The notes below the pieces were generated by a model, which was not told the origin of the DNA, ran no database searches, and saw only the letters and a program-made list of their open reading frames with translations. A program made the translations under genes and the position numbers. Below are positions 33,903 through 40,000 of a stretch of 40,000 nucleotides of DNA, piece by piece. Source of the stretch: Veillonella dispar (GTDB lineage: Bacteria > Bacillota > Negativicutes > Veillonellales > Veillonellaceae); NCBI RefSeq assembly GCF_900637515.1, contig NZ_LR134375.1:601952-641951 (forward strand). Direction: 5' to 3'. Each line of letters starts with the position of its first letter. Within the stretch, counting starts at the first letter, position 1.

Positions 33903-33938
33903 ATGCCGCCTTTCGCTAGAAGGGCGGCATATATTTTG
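33903..33938 (+). terminator. Intrinsic terminator
   Basis: ATGCCGCCTTT cgctag AAAGGGCGGCAT-type stem (33903-33913 pairs with 33920-33930) followed by ATATTTT. Confidence 0.5.
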
Positions 33939-34042
33939 GTTTTATATATTCCGTATCTCCTGTATAATAGATTGCTAAGATAGATAATACAGGGATAGTA
34001 ACTATTTAGTTGTACTATAGTGTATTTGTATAGGGAGGTAGT

Positions 34043-34930
34043 ATGGCTAAAAAAGGTCTTATGTATGCATTATTGTCGGCACTCTTATTGAGTACGATGA
34101 ATTTATTTGTAAAGATGCTAGGCTCTAACATTCCATCTGGGGAAATTGCCTTTTTCCGTGGTTTATTTGGAACCATAGCTGTTCTCATCGTTATGTATAC
34201 CCGAGGTATCCGATTCTCGAAAGAGGATAGAGGACATCTTGTTATGCGTGGCTTATATGGCGGCTTTGGCATGGTTTGTAACTTTATTGCCTTAGTGCAT
34301 TTAAAGTTATCTGATGCAACAATTTTATTTCAAACATCAGGTATATTTGTATTGATATTTAGCGCCTTATTTCTTAAAGAACGGGTACCTAAAGGGGCTG
34401 GTAAATGGCTTCTTTTGATCTTTGTAGCTGTAATGGTTATGGTAAATCCATTTAGCTTTACCGGCTTTACTTGGTTTGCCTTAGTAGCTATTTTAGGGGC
34501 TGCTTTATCTGCGGCTGCGTATACAACGATTCGCCTTATATCTAAGCGAGGTAAGCATAGTAATTTCGAAATTATGGCGTATTTTATGATTACAGGTATG
34601 ATTGCAGGACTTGTTACAACTGATAAACTCGTTATGCCGCAGGGGACAGATTGGCTTATCATCTTGGCGATTGGTGGTATTAGTGTAGTGGCTCAGTTCT
34701 TCTTGACTGGTGCCTTTGTTACCACAAATGCTGTAGTGGCACAATTCTTACAATATGTTGGTGTATTCATCAGTTCCTTCTATGGCTTCTTGTTCTTTGG
34801 TGAAAGCTTATCTATTGAAACGATAGGCGCTGGTGTGGCGATGTTCGTATCTTCTGTTATGTTGGCTCGCCTCAAAGAACAAAGTGGACCTTTACAAGAA
34901 GGAAAGGTTATAGAGGATAAAATTAAATAA
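34043..34930 (+). CDS. EamA/DMT-family transporter
   Basis: 295 aa with about ten hydrophobic segments and a two-fold internal repeat architecture. GGGAGG RBS. Confidence 0.7.
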   Translation: MAKKGLMYALLSALLLSTMNLFVKMLGSNIPSGEIAFFRGLFGTIAVLIVMYTRGIRFSKEDRGHLVMRGLYGGFGMVCNFIALVHLKLSDATILFQTSGIFVLIFSALFLKERVPKGAGKWLLLIFVAVMVMVNPFSFTGFTWFALVAILGAALSAAAYTTIRLISKRGKHSNFEIMAYFMITGMIAGLVTTDKLVMPQGTDWLIILAIGGISVVAQFFLTGAFVTTNAVVAQFLQYVGVFISSFYGFLFFGESLSIETIGAGVAMFVSSVMLARLKEQSGPLQEGKVIEDKIK

Positions 34931-35105
34931 TTGTCGAATCTATACAATAATAGACGTTGTATGACAGTAGAGGTGCTAATCACATTCGTGATTGGCACCT
35001 TTTAACATGGTGCGAAAAGTACGCATAAATACTGATTTATTACAATTTTAGATTGACCTATGAAAAACTATATTAAATAAATTCGAAAAACTACATCGAA
35101 AAATA

Positions 35106-35134
35106 TTGACATCTCTTCATCTTTCTTTTATGAT
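35106..35134 (+). promoter_or_regulatory. Sigma-70-type promoter upstream of mscL
   Basis: TTGACA (35106-35111), 17-bp spacer, TATGAT (35129-35134). Confidence 0.5.
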
Positions 35135-35187
35135 TAGTACAGTTATTAACGCATTCTCAATTAAGTGTATCTAGGAGTAGTGAGAAC

Positions 35188-35655
35188 ATGAAAGATTTTT
35201 TGAACGATTTTAAAGCTTTTGCATTCAAAGGTAACATGATGGACCTAGCTATTGGTATGATTATTGGGGCTGCTTTCACAGCGTTGGTTAACTCCGTTGT
35301 AAGCAACTTGTTCATGCCTATTATCAGTTTGTTCACAGGCGGTATTGATTTCAGTAACTTATACTTGCCATTAAATGCTGCATCTAAAGATGCATTCATG
35401 GCTGGTGCTGATATTAATACAGCTCGTGCAGCTGGTTCTGTATTGCCATACGGTACATTCATTACCGACTTGATCCAATTCTTGATCTTGGCATTCGTTG
35501 TATTCTTGATGGTTCGCGCATTAGCTAAAATGATGAAAAACGCGAAAGAAGAAGAAGCTGCTGAAGCACCTACAACTAAAGAATGTCCATTCTGTAAAAC
35601 AGAAATTCATATTGATGCAGTTAAATGTCCTAACTGTACAGCAGATTTGAAATAA
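35188..35655 (+). CDS. mscL: Large-conductance mechanosensitive channel with C-terminal zinc-ribbon extension
   Basis: MKDFLNDFKAFAFKGNMMDLAIGMIIGAAF is the canonical MscL N-terminus and TM1. The C-terminus has ECPFCKTEIHIDAVKCPNC. Confidence 0.9.
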   Translation: MKDFLNDFKAFAFKGNMMDLAIGMIIGAAFTALVNSVVSNLFMPIISLFTGGIDFSNLYLPLNAASKDAFMAGADINTARAAGSVLPYGTFITDLIQFLILAFVVFLMVRALAKMMKNAKEEEAAEAPTTKECPFCKTEIHIDAVKCPNCTADLK

Positions 35656-35678
35656 TTCAAATTTAAAGCTACATAAAA

Positions 35679-35708
35679 GGAGTAAGGCCTAGGCCTTACT
35701 CCTTTTTG
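35679..35708 (+). terminator. Intrinsic terminator
   Basis: GGAGTAAGGCC ta GGCCTTACTCC followed by TTTTTG. Confidence 0.8.
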
Positions 35709-35826
35709 TTGTATTACGCCAGCTTTCTAGTATAAAATATAAGTATATAATAGAAATATATAATATTAACTTTAACGCGAAATTCTTGTGCGTGTATTAT
35801 AAGATGTTTTTGGAGGACTTATATAT

Positions 35827-36876
35827 ATGGAAAAAAAACCTCTAGTTGTTGTAAATGGTTTAGTCCGTAAAGATGCAATTGCTTATTTAAAAGAGCACGT
35901 AGATGTGCGCCAATGGACTGAAAAGACTGTAATGCCTCGTGAGACATTAAAGGAATGGCTCGTTGATGCGGATGGTTTGTGGTGTGTTCGCCCTTTAGAT
36001 GTAGATGGTAATCTTGTAAAAAATGCACCTAATTTAAAGGTTATTGCTCAAGCAGCTGTGGGGTATGATAATGTAAAAATTGATGAATTAACAGCAGCAG
36101 GCATTCCTTATGGCAATACGCCAGGTGTTCTTAATGAAACCGTAGCAGAGCTTGCTTTTACATTAATTGCCACTGCTAGTCGTCGTATTCTGGAAAATGC
36201 TAATTTCGTAAAAGAAGGACGTTGGGCTCAAAGACCATCTAATATTAAAGGCTTTGATTTGAGTCGCCGTACCCTTGGTATTATTGGGATGGGGGCTATT
36301 GGTGTATCTATTTCTCGTCGTGCTCGTGCATTCGGTATGACCGTGGTATACCATAATCGTAATCAGCGTATTGATGACAAGATTCATAAAACTACGTATA
36401 TGGAATTAGATGACTTATTAGCTACTAGTGATGTAGTTTGTGTGATGGCTCCACTAACAGATGAAACATATCACATGTGTGATGAAGCATTCTTCAAAAA
36501 AATGAAGAATACTGCTTTGTTTGTTAATGTTGGCCGTGGACCTATCGTTGATACAGATGCTTTGATTAGTGCCTTAAAAACAGGTGAAATCGATTACGCA
36601 GCACTTGACGTAACTGATCCAGAGCCATTGCCAGCAGATCATCCATTATTGGATGTTGAGAACTGTCTTATCGTACCACATATTGGTTCTTATACTGATC
36701 GTACGCGTTATGATATGTCTATTTTGACAGCTGACAATATTATTGCTGGCGTTCATAAGAAACCATTAAAGACCTGTGTTAATGAAGAAGTTAACTATAA
36801 GAAACCAGAAATGGATGTAGAGTCTGCCTTAGAAGAGCTTAAAAAAGCTGGTGTAGACTTAGCTGATTTCGACTAA
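35827..36876 (+). CDS. D-isomer-specific 2-hydroxyacid dehydrogenase (glyoxylate/hydroxypyruvate reductase-like)
   Basis: NAD-binding motif GIIGMGAIG, catalytic-region motifs VNVGRG and PHIGS. It carries an extra ~30-aa acidic C-terminal tail. Confidence 0.8.
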   Translation: MEKKPLVVVNGLVRKDAIAYLKEHVDVRQWTEKTVMPRETLKEWLVDADGLWCVRPLDVDGNLVKNAPNLKVIAQAAVGYDNVKIDELTAAGIPYGNTPGVLNETVAELAFTLIATASRRILENANFVKEGRWAQRPSNIKGFDLSRRTLGIIGMGAIGVSISRRARAFGMTVVYHNRNQRIDDKIHKTTYMELDDLLATSDVVCVMAPLTDETYHMCDEAFFKKMKNTALFVNVGRGPIVDTDALISALKTGEIDYAALDVTDPEPLPADHPLLDVENCLIVPHIGSYTDRTRYDMSILTADNIIAGVHKKPLKTCVNEEVNYKKPEMDVESALEELKKAGVDLADFD

Positions 36877-36943
36877 TATCACAAGACCTCAAAAGATATG
36901 CGGTATTATGCAAAATATGGTAAAATAAAAGAATATTTATCCT

Positions 36944-38647
36944 ATGGAGGTTAGAACGTTGGAACATAAAGATATTGAAAAAACTGTAGCTCCTGAAGAA
37001 GTTGTATCTGTTAACTTTATCGAAGCTATCATCAACAAAGATAACGAAACTGGCAAATACGGTGGTCGTGTGTTAACTCGCTTCCCACCAGAACCAAATG
37101 GTTACTTACATATTGGTCATGCTAAATCTATTTGTCTTAACTTTGGTATTGGCAAACAGTACAATGGCTTAACAAATCTTCGTTTTGATGATACGAATCC
37201 TGCAAAAGAAGATGTTGAATACGTAAACTCCATCATGGAAGATGTAAAATGGCTCGGCTTTGATTGGGCTGATGAACCACGTTATGCATCTGACTATTTT
37301 GGTCAAATGTACGAATATGCTAAGAAATTAATTACTCTTGGCAAAGCGTATGTAGATGATCAAACGGCTGATGAAATTAAACAAACCCGTGGCGATTTCT
37401 CTACACCTGGTGTTAATAGCCCATACCGCGATCGTAGCGTAGAAGAAAACTTGAAACTCTTCGAAGAAATGAAAGATGGTCAATACGCTGATGGTGAAAA
37501 GGTATTGCGTGCAAAAATCGACATGGGCTATCCTAATATCGTTATGCGTGACCCTGTTCTTTATCGTATTGTAAATGCAGAACATCATAACACAGGCAAT
37601 GAGTGGAAGATTTACCCTATGTATGACTTTGCTCATCCTATTGAAGATGCTATCGAACGTGTTACACACTCTATCTGTACTTTAGAGTTTGAAGTTCATC
37701 GTCCATTGTATGATTGGGTACTTGAGGATTGGGATGATACTGAAATTCCGCAACAAATTGAATTTGCTCGTTTAAATGTAACTAAAATGGTTATGTCCAA
37801 ACGTAAATTACGTGCACTTGTGGAAGCTGGTCTCGTAGCTGGCTGGGATGATCCTCGTATGCCTACTATTTCTGGCTTGCGTCGTCGTGGTTACACGCCA
37901 GAAGCGATTCGTGATTTCTGTGATCGCATTGGCGTCGCTAAAGCAGATAGCGTTGTTGATATTGCTTTGCTTGAGTTCTGTATCCGTGAAGATTTGAAAC
38001 TCAAAGCTACACGCCCTATGGTAGTTATTGATCCTGTGAAAGTTGTTATTACGAACTATCCAGAAGGTCAAGCTGAACTATGCACAGTTGAAAATAATCC
38101 AGAAAATGAAGAGTTGGGTAATCGTGAAGTTGTATTCGGTCGTGAAATCTACATTGAACGCAATGACTTTATGGAAGAGCCAGTTAAGAAATTCTTCCGC
38201 TTGGCACCAGGTAAAGAAGTACGCTTAAAAGGTGCATACTTCATTACATGTACTGATGTTATCAAAGATGAAAATGGCAATATTACAGAAATACACTGTA
38301 CATATGATCCAGAAACTAAGAGCGGCAGCGGTTGCACTCGTAAGGTAAAAGGTACATTGCATTGGGTTGAAGCATCTACTGCAGTAGATATCGAGTCCCG
38401 CTTGTATGATTACTTGCTTAAAGAAGACTCTGATGGTAAAGACTTCTTAGGCGACTTCAATCATGAGTCCCTACAAGTATTCCATAGTAAAGGGGAAGCA
38501 TGTCTTGCTAATACTGTACCAGGAGACCATTTCCAATTCTTGCGCCAAGGTTACTTTGTAACTGATAAAGATAGTACACCAAATCATATCGTAATGAACC
38601 GTATTGTTGGTTTACGCGATAGCTGGGCTAAGGCACAAAAAAAATAA
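36944..38647 (+). CDS. glnS: Glutamine--tRNA ligase
   Basis: HIGH motif (YLHIGHAKS), KMSKS-type motif (VMSKRK) and GlnRS-typical blocks ([20 protein letters not shown]). The start may instead be TTG 36959, which follows GGAGG. Confidence 0.9.
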   Translation: MEVRTLEHKDIEKTVAPEEVVSVNFIEAIINKDNETGKYGGRVLTRFPPEPNGYLHIGHAKSICLNFGIGKQYNGLTNLRFDDTNPAKEDVEYVNSIMEDVKWLGFDWADEPRYASDYFGQMYEYAKKLITLGKAYVDDQTADEIKQTRGDFSTPGVNSPYRDRSVEENLKLFEEMKDGQYADGEKVLRAKIDMGYPNIVMRDPVLYRIVNAEHHNTGNEWKIYPMYDFAHPIEDAIERVTHSICTLEFEVHRPLYDWVLEDWDDTEIPQQIEFARLNVTKMVMSKRKLRALVEAGLVAGWDDPRMPTISGLRRRGYTPEAIRDFCDRIGVAKADSVVDIALLEFCIREDLKLKATRPMVVIDPVKVVITNYPEGQAELCTVENNPENEELGNREVVFGREIYIERNDFMEEPVKKFFRLAPGKEVRLKGAYFITCTDVIKDENGNITEIHCTYDPETKSGSGCTRKVKGTLHWVEASTAVDIESRLYDYLLKEDSDGKDFLGDFNHESLQVFHSKGEACLANTVPGDHFQFLRQGYFVTDKDSTPNHIVMNRIVGLRDSWAKAQKK

Positions 38648-38682
38648 TTTAGTCAGGCATATACGTTGCTAAGATAATGATA

Positions 38683-38713
38683 AAGAACCGCTCCATTAAG
38701 GGCGGTTCTTTAC
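38683..38713 (+). terminator. Intrinsic terminator
   Basis: AAGAACCGC ...loop... GCGGTTCTT followed by TAC. The T-run is weak. Confidence 0.5.
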
Positions 38714-38774
38714 TACTGTGTTGTTACTATAATGTTGAGCGTTTGTGACATTAACATTTCATTAGAGGAGACAT

Positions 38775-39410
38775 ATGAAAAAATTAGTATTACTTGCTAC
38801 TGCAGCTGCTGTATTAGTATCTGTTCCAGCAATAGGTTCTGCAGCAAACATTAAGTCCGTTTTGAATAAAAGTCAAACTGTAACATACCAAGGTGTTAAA
38901 TTGCCTGAAGGTGTTGCCATGTATCCGAACAATCCTAAAGCGCTATTTGCTGGAGATGCTAAAAAGGATATAAAGTCTGTTCTTGTTGAAGCCGGTGCAA
39001 CTTCTGCAGATGTATATACATTAAATGTTAAAAACGAAAATGAAATGCATTATGCAGTGTATGCTAATGTAGTATTAGGGAAACAGTTATCTAGTCGCAT
39101 GAGTGAAACAAAACATGTAAATACTGATCCATCTGCCCTTGGTGCATTAGCAGCTGCTATTAATAAGGGGGATAGCCCGGTACTTGGTACTTTTACAGTG
39201 GTAAAATCATTAGTAAAACAAGGTAATGCCTATGAGGGTACATTAAAATATAAAAGTGTAGCTAATAATAATTCTTATAATGAAATCTTGCATATTAATC
39301 TTTCTGAAGATAAATATACAGGCCCAAACGCACGTTTCATCGCCATTGATGAAGCTAATGATGCTGCAATTTACCCTAAAGTAAAAGGTTTGCTTAATGC
39401 CAAAAAATAA
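38775..39410 (+). CDS. Secreted hypothetical protein
   Basis: Signal peptide MKKLVLLATAAAVLVSVPAIGSAA, GAGGAG RBS. No recognised domain. Confidence 0.6.
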   Translation: MKKLVLLATAAAVLVSVPAIGSAANIKSVLNKSQTVTYQGVKLPEGVAMYPNNPKALFAGDAKKDIKSVLVEAGATSADVYTLNVKNENEMHYAVYANVVLGKQLSSRMSETKHVNTDPSALGALAAAINKGDSPVLGTFTVVKSLVKQGNAYEGTLKYKSVANNNSYNEILHINLSEDKYTGPNARFIAIDEANDAAIYPKVKGLLNAKK

Positions 39411-39440
39411 ATAATTATTGAAAATATATATCAATTATTC

Positions 39441-39469
39441 TTGACAATTTTTCTCATCAAGAGTACTAT
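39441..39469 (+). promoter_or_regulatory. Sigma-70-type promoter
   Basis: TTGACA (39441-39446), 17-bp spacer, TACTAT (39464-39469). Confidence 0.45.
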
Positions 39470-39532
39470 GAGCATATAGGAATTATTCTCATTAGAGAGG
39501 GTTCTAATGATGTGCAACAGGCAGGTACTATT

Positions 39533-40000
39533 ATGATGAATTCAATTGACCATATCATTGGATATCATTGTGCACCGGCAATTCGAGGTATTAAGCTTTC
39601 GAATTTGGTTTCTATTCCACGGGACATGAATGAACAAATCCAATTTGTATTGACAGAATATAATAAAGAGTTCAATGAAAAAGGATTGTTCTTCTTTGAA
39701 TTATGTCGCTGTAAAGCGCGTAGACTGTTATTGGTATTCCGCGAGAAGCAATTACGAGACTATGTACGGCAACCTGCAGTGATGACATTTTTGAAAGCCT
39801 ACGGTTATCATGATCGCATGAGCATTATGGAGATGCTTGAGCATTTAAGATACCGTATGGAAGCGAGTGTTGATTTTCCACATGAAATTGGCGTATTTCT
39901 AGGTTATCCATTAAAAGATGTGAAATGCTTCATTTCTCTTCGTGGCAATGGATATCATATGTGTGGAGAGTGGAAAGTATACCATGATGTGGTAAACGCA
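39533..40000 (+). CDS. DUF3793-like protein, 3' end outside window
   Basis: The frame is open from ATG 39533 to the window edge (156 codons), so it is absent from the ORF track. FPHEIGVFLGYPLKDVKCF matches my memory of the DUF3793 signature. Confidence 0.55.
   Translation, partial: MMNSIDHIIGYHCAPAIRGIKLSNLVSIPRDMNEQIQFVLTEYNKEFNEKGLFFFELCRCKARRLLLVFREKQLRDYVRQPAVMTFLKAYGYHDRMSIMEMLEHLRYRMEASVDFPHEIGVFLGYPLKDVKCFISLRGNGYHMCGEWKVYHDVVNA

Overview
About 30.3 kb of this window is most of a temperate, contractile-tailed (PBSX/Mu-tail-like) prophage. Nearly all its genes are on the + strand. The host looks like a low-GC Firmicute, possibly a Negativicute such as Veillonella, but that is an unverified guess. 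Gene order is as follows. Replication: a partial PcfJ-like ORF, a primase-polymerase/VirE NTPase, an iteron-rich origin-like region, a VRR-NUC nuclease, an SNF2 helicase and a DUF3310-like protein. Late control: a putative late regulator followed by a promoter, short leader and terminator. Packaging: TerS, TerL, portal and a Mu-F-like head protein. Head: scaffold, major capsid and connectors. Tail: sheath, tube, a chaperone with a -1 frameshift, tape measure, a LysM protein and XkdQ/R/S/T/U-like baseplate proteins. Then come a tail fibre, a second collagen-like fibre, and a lysis cassette of holin, amidase and spanin-like ORFs. The prophage appears to end at a tRNA 3'-half remnant (30324-30368). 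Next is an IS200-type element, followed by ordinary host genes: Dyp peroxidase, thrC, an EamA transporter, mscL, a 2-hydroxyacid dehydrogenase, glnS, a secreted protein and a partial DUF3793 gene. The main finding is at 24.7-26.3 kb. The tail-fibre gene is followed by two silent, inverted, start-less alternative C-terminal cassettes. All three tips begin at an identical in-frame 8-bp core, CCAGTGGG. A small tyrosine recombinase gene lies next to them, antisense to the late operon. I read this as a three-state receptor-binding-tip shufflon run by a tyrosine recombinase rather than a serine recombinase. All function calls rest on motif recognition, synteny and my own translation. No database search was possible.
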